The notes under the pieces: generated by a model
What the model was told of the DNA's origin: nothing
The model's input: the letters and a program-made list of their open reading frames with translations, nothing else
The model's database searches: none
DNA from: a virus
Lineage: Duplodnaviria; Caudoviricetes
Direction: 5' to 3' (one strand)
DNA: 64,000 nt
Virus record (IMG/VR): IMGVR_UViG_3300034374_009547
Program-made: the position numbers and the translations under genes
Shown here: one piece after another, positions 28,577-38,700 of the stretch
Layout: the number at the start of each line of letters is the position of its first letter
Position numbering within the stretch: position 1 is the stretch's first letter

Positions 28577-31206
28577 CAACAGCTTTTTCAGTTTTTGATA
28601 AATTTCAAACTAATCTTCACAATGGACAAGATTATTTAAAAAATCACATATTTGATAAATTTCCTATTTTATATACAGATAATCCAAATGATTTAACACA
28701 AGTTTGGGATAGAAATCTTGATACTGAATATGTTTGGCTTGTTGATAAAAACATAAAAATTTATGATAGTTTTCCTTGGTTTTTTAGACCAAAGCCTGAT
28801 GCACAAGTAGCAATTCATGCCTATCCATATGTTTATAAAAAAAGTAGAGATGTTAAAGACTGGAACAGAGTAAGATTAGTTCCTACAAAACCAGGAGAAT
28901 ATGAAGTAACTCAACATCCTCACATTTGTGGACATTATGATCCATACAAAGGTGTTGACAAGTTTGATATCTTTTACATTGGAAAAAACAAAGACAATTT
29001 AAAGCAACTTGAAGAAAGAGGTTTGAGTATACAGGTTGTTGAAGACTATGAATCTGCTAGACAACAAAGTTATACTGATATGTTTTGGATTGTTTATGAT
29101 GACACCGTTGTAAGAGAAACTTTTAAATTTAGTTATACACCTGACGAATGGAGCACAGATTTTGTTCATGTGTTTGGAAATGGTGATATTGATACATTAG
29201 ATGGAATTGCTCTGTGTCCAAAAAGTTACAATCCTAGCAAAAAAGAATTAGACAATAGATTTTTTATTAATAAAAAAGAAATAAGAATTTTAGCAAGTAA
29301 TCCAAGAAAATACGATAAGTTTGAAATGGACAACTATCAATCATATCTACATATGATGCGTCATAGTACCACAGATTTATTTTGGGGAATTCCTAAGGAT
29401 ATTGTAATTGATGATAATTTTAAATTTGATTTTTATATTCCATATCACAATGTTGCAGATAAAAAACAAAATCATGCTTGGCTAAATGGTAACAAATATG
29501 ACGGAATTTATTTGTTCAGCAAAGAAGCAATCATTACAGAAAATGAATTTAACTATAGATTTTTAGTTAATAAAATTGAACATGATGTTGTAGCAAGTAA
29601 ACCAAAAGACTTTGAAAGATTTACAATCGATACTTACGAACAATATAGAAGTGCAATTGAAAGCTGCGGTACAAGTATGTTTTGGGCTATCCCTAGTGAC
29701 GTAAAAGTATCACCGGATTTTGCTTGGGATGAATATATTAACAATCTTGATAGTTTAGATAGAAGTACTAACCATGTATTTTTAAACGGTGATAGTTACG
29801 ATGGTATTGTGTTAATGAACACAAAAGAATTTGTAAATGATAAAGAAATTAGACATAGATTTTATACCAATAAAAAAGAACATGAAGTAATTGCAAGTAC
29901 ACCAAAACCTTACGATAAATTTACAATTGATACATACGAAGATTACACTACAGCATTGTATCATACAGAATCTGAAATGTTTTGGGGTGTCCCTAGTGAT
30001 GTTAATGTTGCTGAAGATTTTGACTTTAGTTTATATTTTAGCTATCATAATCAATACGATCGTAATATGAATCACGTGTTTTTAAATGGAGAAAATTATG
30101 ATGGTATTGTTTTATATAGTAAAAACTTATTAGTTAGTGAAAAAGAAATTGAACATAGGTTCTACATTAAGAAAAAAGAATGGGAAGTAATTGCAAGTAA
30201 TCCTAAACCTTTCCCTGTGTATACAATTAATGATTATGAAGATTATTTGAATGTAAAAAATGAAACTAGTGCTGATATGTTTTATATGATTAATGATAAT
30301 ATAAATTTGAAAGATGAATTTAATTTTGATTTGTATATTAGTCATCATAATCAGTACGAACGTAAAATTAATCATGTTTGGAAAAATGGAGAATTTTATG
30401 ATGGTGTTGCACTTACAAGTAAACACATCAATTTAAGTCAAAGAGAAATTGATTATAGATTTTATGCTGTAAAAAAAGAATACGAAGAAATTGCAAGTTT
30501 ACCTGTGCCTTATGATATTGTTTTTATTCAAAACGGTGAGCCAAATGCTGACGAAAACTATGCTACACTTTTACAAAGATTTCCCCGTGCTAAACGTGTT
30601 CAAAACATCAAAGGTATACACCAAGCACACCAACGAGCAGCAGAACTTGTTGACACTGAAATGTTTTGGGTTGTAGACGCAGATGCAGAAATATTAGAAG
30701 AATTTGATTTTAATTATTATGTTCCTGCATACGATATTGATGGTAAGGATACCGTACATGTATGGCGTAGTTTCAACCCTGTTAACGGATTGGTATACGG
30801 GTATGGTGGAGTTAAATTATTGCCAACAAGGCTAACACGTACAATGGATATGACTACAACTGACATGACTACAAGTATCAGTGATAAGTTTAAAAGTATT
30901 CCTGCAATGAGTAATGTTACAAACTTTAATACAGATGCCTATAGTGCATGGCGCAGCGGATTTAGAGAATGCGCAAAGTTAGCAAGTAAAACAATTGCAA
31001 GACAGGAAGACGACGAAACTGAATTTAGACTTAATGCTTGGTGTACCAGAGGCGACGATAAACCGTTTGGTAGAGCAGCAATTGCTGGTGCAAAAGCAGG
31101 TCGAGAATTTGGCGAAACTTACAAAGACAATAAAGAAGAATTAGAAAAAATTAACAATTTTCATTGGTTACACGACCAGTTTATAAAATTATATCAATCA
31201 ACTTAA
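28573..31206 (+). CDS. 877-aa protein of seven ~100-aa GT-A-like units; only the last keeps a DxD motif
   Basis: FWxxxxD...F(D/N/K)F units at 28732, 29083, 29380, 29680, 29980, 30280, 30664; last unit FWVVDADAEI followed by YGYGGVKLLP and AWRSGFRECAKL. Confidence 0.7.
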   Translation: MTTAFSVFDKFQTNLHNGQDYLKNHIFDKFPILYTDNPNDLTQVWDRNLDTEYVWLVDKNIKIYDSFPWFFRPKPDAQVAIHAYPYVYKKSRDVKDWNRVRLVPTKPGEYEVTQHPHICGHYDPYKGVDKFDIFYIGKNKDNLKQLEERGLSIQVVEDYESARQQSYTDMFWIVYDDTVVRETFKFSYTPDEWSTDFVHVFGNGDIDTLDGIALCPKSYNPSKKELDNRFFINKKEIRILASNPRKYDKFEMDNYQSYLHMMRHSTTDLFWGIPKDIVIDDNFKFDFYIPYHNVADKKQNHAWLNGNKYDGIYLFSKEAIITENEFNYRFLVNKIEHDVVASKPKDFERFTIDTYEQYRSAIESCGTSMFWAIPSDVKVSPDFAWDEYINNLDSLDRSTNHVFLNGDSYDGIVLMNTKEFVNDKEIRHRFYTNKKEHEVIASTPKPYDKFTIDTYEDYTTALYHTESEMFWGVPSDVNVAEDFDFSLYFSYHNQYDRNMNHVFLNGENYDGIVLYSKNLLVSEKEIEHRFYIKKKEWEVIASNPKPFPVYTINDYEDYLNVKNETSADMFYMINDNINLKDEFNFDLYISHHNQYERKINHVWKNGEFYDGVALTSKHINLSQREIDYRFYAVKKEYEEIASLPVPYDIVFIQNGEPNADENYATLLQRFPRAKRVQNIKGIHQAHQRAAELVDTEMFWVVDADAEILEEFDFNYYVPAYDIDGKDTVHVWRSFNPVNGLVYGYGGVKLLPTRLTRTMDMTTTDMTTSISDKFKSIPAMSNVTNFNTDAYSAWRSGFRECAKLASKTIARQEDDETEFRLNAWCTRGDDKPFGRAAIAGAKAGREFGETYKDNKEELEKINNFHWLHDQFIKLYQST

Positions 31207-31615
31207 ACAAATCTAATAATTTAGTTCTATTTCTTTTAACACGTAATGTATTTTGTAATCCGTGATGCAATGGCTTTGGCCACTTATCAAATGAAGTCCA
31301 AGCATATCCATCGTGTTCTCCGTTTAGCTTAGGCATAAATTCTTCTTGCACTATACACAAATATGTGTGAAAATGGAAGTGTTCGTCATTACTAATAAAT
31401 GTTTCTAATGGAATAGTTTTTTTAATATTAGGTATAAAAGATATTTCTTCTTGTATTTCACGTTTCAATCCTTCCCAAGGTGTTTCGGTTCCTTCGTTAG
31501 TACCGCCAACTAATCCCCATAGGTTTTTTGCTTTACCCTGAGTACGATGTAAAAATAAAAAACGTTTTGTTTCTAATGAATAAAATAGTGCACCACTACA
31601 AATAATTTTCTGCAT
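31181..31615 (-). CDS. NUDIX hydrolase
   Basis: NUDIX box GGTNEGTETPWEGLKREIQEEI; EHDGYAW; ATG at 31615 preferred. Confidence 0.9.
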   Translation of the reverse strand: MQKIICSGALFYSLETKRFLFLHRTQGKAKNLWGLVGGTNEGTETPWEGLKREIQEEISFIPNIKKTIPLETFISNDEHFHFHTYLCIVQEEFMPKLNGEHDGYAWTSFDKWPKPLHHGLQNTLRVKRNRTKLLDLFKLIDIIL

Positions 31616-31628
31616 AAAAATAATTATT

Positions 31629-33335
31629 TTATAATTGTATACGCCATGTTCCTCTTGGATAATATCCATCTACACTGCTTTGCCAATAATATTGATTCCA
31701 ATAATATTGTTGTCCATTATCTAAATTAGTAATATATGTTTTTCCAGATTCACTAGCATCAAAAACAATATTCCATTTTGATCCGTCCCATTCGATAATG
31801 TCATTCGCATCTGCTACAAAGTCAGAGTTGTCTAAATTTTTCCACGCATCTGCTCCATCTTCGTTTAAGTTTAAGATGTAAACAATTTTGTCATCAACTG
31901 ATGGCATTTCGTCTAAGTCTATTACAAACTTATCATCAATATTACGTGACGTTGAAGAAACAGGAATATCATTAATAACAACTTGCCAACTTGTTACCGT
32001 GTCTGCTCTGCGTCCAGGAGTTGACCCTGATGCAGATTCAGCAACATAATAATCTATATCTGTATCAATTCTTGTTGATGCTGTTTCTACGGTAAAGCGT
32101 CTTTCAACTTTGAAACCAATTGGATCTAGTGTAAGTAATCTATAACCAGCAGTTTTTGTAGATGGATTGAATACTTTAGGATTAATAATTTTGTTAATAC
32201 TTCCTGATGTAGTAACCGGACCTTCTATAATAGTGTCGCTAGGTAAAGTGTCAACATCCCATATTATATCAATTAGTTTATCATTATCAGCATTTAATGT
32301 AAATGTTCCTACAATTTCATTTATTAATTCAGCACGTTTTAATCTAAGCTGACTAATACCAGGTTGGTATCTTGCTGGCAATTCTGCTTCTAAAATATTA
32401 AGCCAACTAATATCTCCAACACGCAAACTTCTGTTTTTAGCAATTTTACCTGTTTCGTCTTCTACAATTAAGTCAAAATTTCTATAACTTACAACGATAG
32501 GATTATTCAAATCAAATCTGCCATCTTGTCCTGTTGCTACAATTGTATTCAATCTAATTCCATCTTCGTTTACTAGAGTTCCATCTGGTAATACGGTTAC
32601 TCCACTTGCTGCCCCAACATTGTTATCTGTTGAAGGATTAAATCCTTCTAAACTAATTGTACCTGCGTCTTGGTTAAAAATACTTGTAATAATATCTGTA
32701 ATGATTCCAAGTTTTTTAACTTTGACAGGTGGCGAAATGTAAACAGGCGCAGTAAATCCAAGTGTTGCAACATCAATTTCAGTTTCGGTTCCTGTAGGAA
32801 TAGTTCTATTACTAAAGTTAATATTTTCTAATTGTAATACGCTTAAACTTGTCCAATCGATATAATTGTCTGTGGTTTGAAATTCTAAGTCAGGATTAAA
32901 CAACATAAAAATTTGTTCAAGTATTTGTAGTTTTTGATCAGTACTTGTACTCCAAACATCTACATTGACACTTAATGTATATGGTGTTGGATGCAATCTT
33001 TCTACGGTATATCCTTTTGCTTGTTCGGTTGAATACTCACCTGTGGCAGTATCATAAGCTCTTTCTCTAAGATTAATTTTGCTTACATAACTGCTATCAC
33101 TTAGTCTAGATCTATCCATCTGGAAGCCAGTAATATAAACACCCATACGCGGAGCACTTGGCAGTTTGTTTTCGCTGTTGTCTCTAATTATACTTGCTAC
33201 TTGTCTAGTTATATCACCATACATAACAGGAACTTCACGTAAATCCCCATCAGCATCTTTGTAACTGAATTTACTAAATGCTCTTACAATTTGAGTTATA
33301 TACCTACGTATTTGTCCGTCATAAAAATATTGCAT
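31629..33335 (-). CDS. gp15: Tail terminator/sheath stabiliser (T4 gp15-like) with long C-terminal extension
   Basis: YFYDGQIRRY, VPVMYG, PRMGVYITG, PTPYTLSVNVDVW, LQILEQIFMLFNP. Confidence 0.75.
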   Translation of the reverse strand: MQYFYDGQIRRYITQIVRAFSKFSYKDADGDLREVPVMYGDITRQVASIIRDNSENKLPSAPRMGVYITGFQMDRSRLSDSSYVSKINLRERAYDTATGEYSTEQAKGYTVERLHPTPYTLSVNVDVWSTSTDQKLQILEQIFMLFNPDLEFQTTDNYIDWTSLSVLQLENINFSNRTIPTGTETEIDVATLGFTAPVYISPPVKVKKLGIITDIITSIFNQDAGTISLEGFNPSTDNNVGAASGVTVLPDGTLVNEDGIRLNTIVATGQDGRFDLNNPIVVSYRNFDLIVEDETGKIAKNRSLRVGDISWLNILEAELPARYQPGISQLRLKRAELINEIVGTFTLNADNDKLIDIIWDVDTLPSDTIIEGPVTTSGSINKIINPKVFNPSTKTAGYRLLTLDPIGFKVERRFTVETASTRIDTDIDYYVAESASGSTPGRRADTVTSWQVVINDIPVSSTSRNIDDKFVIDLDEMPSVDDKIVYILNLNEDGADAWKNLDNSDFVADANDIIEWDGSKWNIVFDASESGKTYITNLDNGQQYYWNQYYWQSSVDGYYPRGTWRIQL

Positions 33336-34489
33336 TAATTATTAGCCTTTGCTCTAAGTGCTTTACTCAATGATTGTCTCTCGACAACTTCTTCTCCAGC
33401 AATGGTATTTACATTTGTATTGTTTATAAACGAACCTTTTAGAGTATCTTTGTCTTTTGTTGGTGTTAGTGTTGTTCTCACTTTATCCTCTACCTTTCTC
33501 CAACTATTTCCATCATATCTAAATAATCTATTTGGAGATAAATCTATACGTAAAAAATAATCACCCTCGCCTGCTTGCGATGGAAAGCCTGTTCCCTGTC
33601 CGTACAATGCACCATTTGGTGGAATACCGTCACCAACTAAATAACCAATATATCCTGTTCCGTTAGGACTTTCAAAAACTTGATCAGATGTTATAAGTTC
33701 GTCAGAAATTAATGTTTCTTGGTCAACGGTAACAATAGCCATTTCTCCATCTTCTGTAACACTTAATGTGTAAAATTGTGTTGTTTCATAACCACTGAGT
33801 CTTGCATTTTCTTCTGCTTGTTGGATGATAGCTTCGTTTATTTGCATTTCTTTTTCGTAAGTGCTTAAAACATCACGTAAAGTATTACTACTACCTTCTT
33901 CTGCAGGTAAATCTAAAATATCTTTGTATTCTTGTGAATCCATTATTTGTTTGCATTTTAGTCGATACAAATGCGGATACCAAGTTTGTGAAAATCCTTC
34001 TGCTGCTCGTGTAACATCTTCTACAACATAAAATCTTTTTAACGCAACACTGAAGTCATTTAAAGCATATTCATCAATCATATGTGGTAATTCTATAACA
34101 TCGCCACTCATTATTTTTCTGCCTAAAGTTTTTACACTGCTGGCAATATGTATTGTCAAAAATATTGTATCATTTTGTAAAAATAAGCCAAATTGACTTA
34201 AATCAAAATCAGTATCTTGAACATTATAATGACCTCTGAGTGTGTAAATATCGTTGTCATATTTTCTATCTCTGTTTTCTAGAAATAACAAGTCTTGAAT
34301 GTTTGTTTCTGAAATTACATCGTATATAGGTTGTTCGATAGTTGCATCATCTGCTGATACATTCTTTGGACCGATATATTTGTGTATATTTAAATCTGTA
34401 CCGCCAACCGTGAATTGTTCATAGATAATACTATCTAAAAAGTCAAAGTCTTTGGATTTTTCCGGTCTATATAAACTTAATCTAGGCAT
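33335..34489 (-). CDS. gp14: Neck protein (T4 gp14-like head closure)
   Basis: LENRDRKYD, DLSQFGLFLQND, SGDVIELPH, YRLKC; position between gp13 and gp15. Confidence 0.75.
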   Translation of the reverse strand: MPRLSLYRPEKSKDFDFLDSIIYEQFTVGGTDLNIHKYIGPKNVSADDATIEQPIYDVISETNIQDLLFLENRDRKYDNDIYTLRGHYNVQDTDFDLSQFGLFLQNDTIFLTIHIASSVKTLGRKIMSGDVIELPHMIDEYALNDFSVALKRFYVVEDVTRAAEGFSQTWYPHLYRLKCKQIMDSQEYKDILDLPAEEGSSNTLRDVLSTYEKEMQINEAIIQQAEENARLSGYETTQFYTLSVTEDGEMAIVTVDQETLISDELITSDQVFESPNGTGYIGYLVGDGIPPNGALYGQGTGFPSQAGEGDYFLRIDLSPNRLFRYDGNSWRKVEDKVRTTLTPTKDKDTLKGSFINNTNVNTIAGEEVVERQSLSKALRAKANN

Positions 34490-34494
34490 ATGTA

Positions 34495-34515
34495 TATTTA
34501 TCGTTACGATAAATA
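34495..34515. promoter_or_regulatory. Back-to-back divergent late promoters forming a 9-bp inverted repeat
   Basis: TATTTATCG-TTA-CGATAAATA: GATAAATA on the minus strand (34495-502) towards gp14 and on the plus strand (34508-15) towards gp13. Confidence 0.8.
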
Positions 34516-34530
34516 CTAGTGGAGAACAAT

Positions 34531-35292
34531 ATGGCAGACTTGACTACTGAAAAACAAGAAATTTTTGATTACGTAAATGCATTCCTCGGCGGAGGCATGG
34601 TAGATGTTGAACTTGATCCAATACACTACGAAACAGCACTTGTAAAAAGTTTAAGTAAATTTAGACAAAGAAGTGAAAATAGTGTAGAAGAAAGTTATTT
34701 GGTAATTGCACTAAATCCAGATCAAAACGAATATACATTGCCAAATGAAGTTATCGAAGTTAGACAACTATTTAGACGCAATGTAGGTAGTAGATTAGGT
34801 GCTAGTGCTGATGGCGGCAGTTTGTTTGAACCATTTAACTTAGCTTACACAAATACATATTTGTTAGCAGGTAGCGGCATCGGTGGTCTAGCAACTTATG
34901 ATTTCTTTGCACAACAACAAGAACTAGTAGGTCGTATGTTTGGTAGTTTTCTTGAATTTTATTGGAATACTAGTACAAAAAAATTAACTATATTACAACG
35001 TCCTAGAGCCGATGAAGAAATTTTAGCATATTGCTATAATCATAGACCTGACTTTGAACTATTCAAAGATTACAAAGCATATCAGTGGATTAAAGATTAT
35101 ACTTTAGCTAACTGCAAATATATGTTAGGTGAAGCACGTAGCAAATTTGCAACCATAGCTGGACCAGGAGGTGGTACTACACTGAATGGCGATACATTAA
35201 AAGCCGAAGCACAAGCCGAAATGGAAAAATTAGAAAAAGAACTAGATACAGCAGTTGCAGGCGGTACAGGTTATACGTTCTTAATTGGCTAA
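34531..35292 (+). CDS. gp13: Neck protein (T4 gp13-like head-tail adaptor)
   Basis: GGGMVDVEL, WIKDYTLANCKYMLGEARSKF, GPGGGTTLNG; SD GGAG supports ATG at 34531. Confidence 0.8.
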   Translation: MADLTTEKQEIFDYVNAFLGGGMVDVELDPIHYETALVKSLSKFRQRSENSVEESYLVIALNPDQNEYTLPNEVIEVRQLFRRNVGSRLGASADGGSLFEPFNLAYTNTYLLAGSGIGGLATYDFFAQQQELVGRMFGSFLEFYWNTSTKKLTILQRPRADEEILAYCYNHRPDFELFKDYKAYQWIKDYTLANCKYMLGEARSKFATIAGPGGGTTLNGDTLKAEAQAEMEKLEKELDTAVAGGTGYTFLIG

Positions 35293-35564
35293 AGATCGTT
35301 ATCGTGAATGTACAATTGAATTAATGCATAATGCAAAATTTTCATTAAATCTTTTCGAGCATCTTCTGCTGTACCTTTTTTTCCATAGCGATTAGAATAC
35401 TTGTCAACATTGCCCATGCAAAAACCAGTTCCGTGTCCTCTATCAATAATTACTTCAGTTGATTGAAATTTATTGGTACTATAATGTCCATCATATGTTT
35501 TGTCAATGTATGCTTGGAATTCATCAATGTATTTTTTTTCGTCAAATTTATAATCAATGCTCAT
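35289..35564 (-). CDS. DUF3310/SaV-like small protein (nucleotide kinase-like family)
   Basis: HY...GFCMGNVDKYSNRYGKKG...DLMKILHYA; SD AAGGA before ATG 35564; own sigma70 promoter. Confidence 0.7.
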   Translation of the reverse strand: MSIDYKFDEKKYIDEFQAYIDKTYDGHYSTNKFQSTEVIIDRGHGTGFCMGNVDKYSNRYGKKGTAEDARKDLMKILHYALIQLYIHDNDL

Positions 35565-35582
35565 AGTAAATCCTTTTCTATT

Positions 35583-35611
35583 ATAATACATGATACAAGT
35601 TGTAAAGTCAA
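35583..35611 (-). promoter_or_regulatory. Sigma70-type promoter (minus strand)
   Basis: TTGACT (35611-06), 17 nt, TATTAT (35588-83). Confidence 0.8.
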
Positions 35612-35662
35612 TAATAAAATGCGCACATAACGGCTAAAACCCCCTATTTTCTACCATAAGTA

Positions 35663-35670
35663 GATAAATA
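35663..35670 (+). promoter_or_regulatory. T4-like late promoter (GATAAATA)
   Basis: Upstream of the tail sheath gene. Confidence 0.75.
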
Positions 35671-35705
35671 TTATTGATAGACATAATCCATAGGAGAAAT
35701 AAAAA

Positions 35706-38700
35706 ATGGCATTAACATCACCAGGCGTAGAGGTCAGCGTAATTGACGAGAGTTTTTACACTCCGGCTGAACCAGGTACAACACCTATTATTTTTGTTGC
35801 AACAGCAGAAAATAAACTAAATGGTGCAGGCACAGGAATAGCACCAGGAACAACCGCAGCAAATGCGGGTAAAGTATATCTAATGACATCACAACGTGAC
35901 TTAGTAGAAACATTTGGTGATCCATTATTTTATACAGATACAAATAATAATCCAATACATGGCGGAGAACAGAACGAATATGGCTTACAAGCCGCATATT
36001 CATATCTAGGTGTAAGTAACAGAGCATGGGTAGTTAGAGCTGATATTGATTTATCAGCATTGAATGCAAGTTCAACTGCAACAGCAGCAGATCCTGAAAA
36101 TGGTACATACTGGTTAGATACACAAACTACATCATGGGGTGTATTTGAATGGAACGGAAGTGCGCTATCAACTTCAAATACATCAGGACAAACATTTACT
36201 AACAAGGCTCCTATTGTTATTACTGATTCAACAAAAGTTGCAAGTTCAAGTCCTTACACACCAAATGGTAGTGTAGGTCAGCCAGGTGAATATGCTATCG
36301 TTGCAATTTCAACAATACCACGTTTATGGTACAAAAACTCAAGTGGTACTTGGGTGCAAGTAGGAAGTGCAAACTGGAAGGCATCATGGCCTTCAGTAAG
36401 TAGTTCAGGTTCGACTGCACCAGGCGCAGGCGAAGACTTTACTCTAAATGGTGCAACTATCACAACATCTGGTACAACATTCACAACACTTGCTAGTGAT
36501 ATTGAAGGTGCAGGCGTTACCGGTGTAACAGCAGCAGTAGTAGATGGTGTATTAGAAATATACAATGACGGAACTGGAACTGATAGTATTATCCTTGTTG
36601 ACGGTACAGGAACACCGTTAGCAGATGCAGGTATTTCAGCAGGCACATATTATGCTCCTAAGTTACAAGCATCAAAACATACTAGTGTTCCAGAATACAA
36701 AACATCAGATTCAAATCCTCGTCCAACTGGAAGTATTTGGGTTAAAACAACAGAACCAAACTCAGGCGCACGTTGGAGAACCAAAGTATGGAACGGCGAT
36801 ACAGCAACATGGGATGCAGTTGATGCACCAATTTTTGATAATGGCGCAAGTGCAATTTATGAATTAGACAAAGCAGGTGGTGGTGCTAACTTACTTCCAG
36901 CAAATCTTTATGTAAAAACAAACGTAACTGAAGCAGCAACTAATCTTGCTAATTTTACAATTTACAAAAGAGCAGCAGCAGGCCGCACAAAAATTGTAGG
37001 TACAGCAGTAAGTTCTGTTGCAGTAGCAACATATAGTGTAACAATCCAAGAAACTATTAAAAATTCAGCTGCTTATGCATCAGCACGTACGGTATCAATC
37101 ACAACTACAGGTGCATCAACAGATGCGGAAGTAGTTGCAACACAAATTAACGCAGCAGGTTTTGCTAACATTGTTGCAAGTGTTGATAGCACAAACAGAG
37201 TTGTAATTGAACATACCTTAGGTGGAGAAATTCGTATTACTGATACAGATGGACTACTACCATTAATTGGTTTTACAAAATACAACTACTCAACTAAAGC
37301 TGGAACAGCAAACTTATATGCTTGGCCAGGTGCAAGTTCTAACCAATATGAAGCAAGTTTGTGGACTGAATTAACATACACAGCAAGCAATGATGCACCA
37401 ACTGCTCTTGCAGCACAAGGAGCATTATGGTATAGTAGTGTTGTTGATGAAGTAGATATGCTTGTACACGATGGCACTAAGTGGGTTGGGCTATTACATA
37501 GCGATTCTCCATACTATGCAGGTGGTGTAGCAGCTGATCAACCAGATCCAAAAGGTCCAATTGTAAGTGCAACTGAGCCAGATGAGCAATCAGACGGTAC
37601 AGCACTTAAAACAGGCGATATTTGGATTAGCACAGCAGATTTAGATAATTATCCAACAATTTATCGTTACAATGGTAACTTAGCATCTTGGATTTTACTA
37701 GACGCTACAGATCAAACAACTGAAAACGGTGTACTATTTGCAGATGCACGTTGGAGTATTAACGGCGGTTCATCGTCAGCACATGAAGCAGGAACTATTG
37801 CCGATCTGTTAACAAGTTCTTTTGTTGATCCAGATGCTCCAGATCCAGCACTATATCCAAAAGGTATGTTGTTATGGAACCTACGTAGAAGTGGCTTTAA
37901 CGTAAAACGTTTTGAGCGCAACTATATTGATTTAACAGCTGACAACACACGCTTTGGCGACGAAGATATGTCAACATATTATCCACATCGTTGGGTAACA
38001 GAATCAGCTAACGAATCAGACGGTAAAGGTAGTTTTGGACGTAAGGCACAGCGTAAAGTTGTTGTACAAAAATTACAATCATTACTAAATGAAAATCAAG
38101 ACATACGTGATGACGAATCAAGAACATTTAACTTGATTGCAACACCAGGTTATCCTGAACTAATTGGTGAAATGATCACACTTAACTATGACAGAGGCTT
38201 AACAGCATTTGTTGTTGGTGATTCGCCGATGCGTTTAACAAGCGATGCAACTTCATTAAACGAATGGGCAACAAACGTTAACACAGCAGTTGAAGACAAC
38301 GATAATGGATTAGTAAGTAGAGATGAATATCTAGGCGTTTACTATCCAAGTGGTTTTACAAGTGACAACGCAGGTAACAATGTAGTTGTTCCGGCTTCAC
38401 ATATGGTGCTAAGAACTATTGCACTTAATGACCAAGTTGCTTATCCATGGTTTGCACCAGCAGGTACAAGACGTGGTGGCGTAACAAACGCAACTTCAAC
38501 AGGTTACATTAACAGCGAAGGCGAATTTGTTGCAGCAGCACTTAACGAAGGCACAAGAGATACATTGTATCAAAACAATGTAAACCCAATTACATTCTTG
38601 AGCGGAGCAGGCTTAGTTGTGTTTGGACAGAAAACTCGTGCAAGAAATGCAAGTGCATTAGACAGAGTTAACGTAGCTAGACTTGTAATTTACTTACGTA

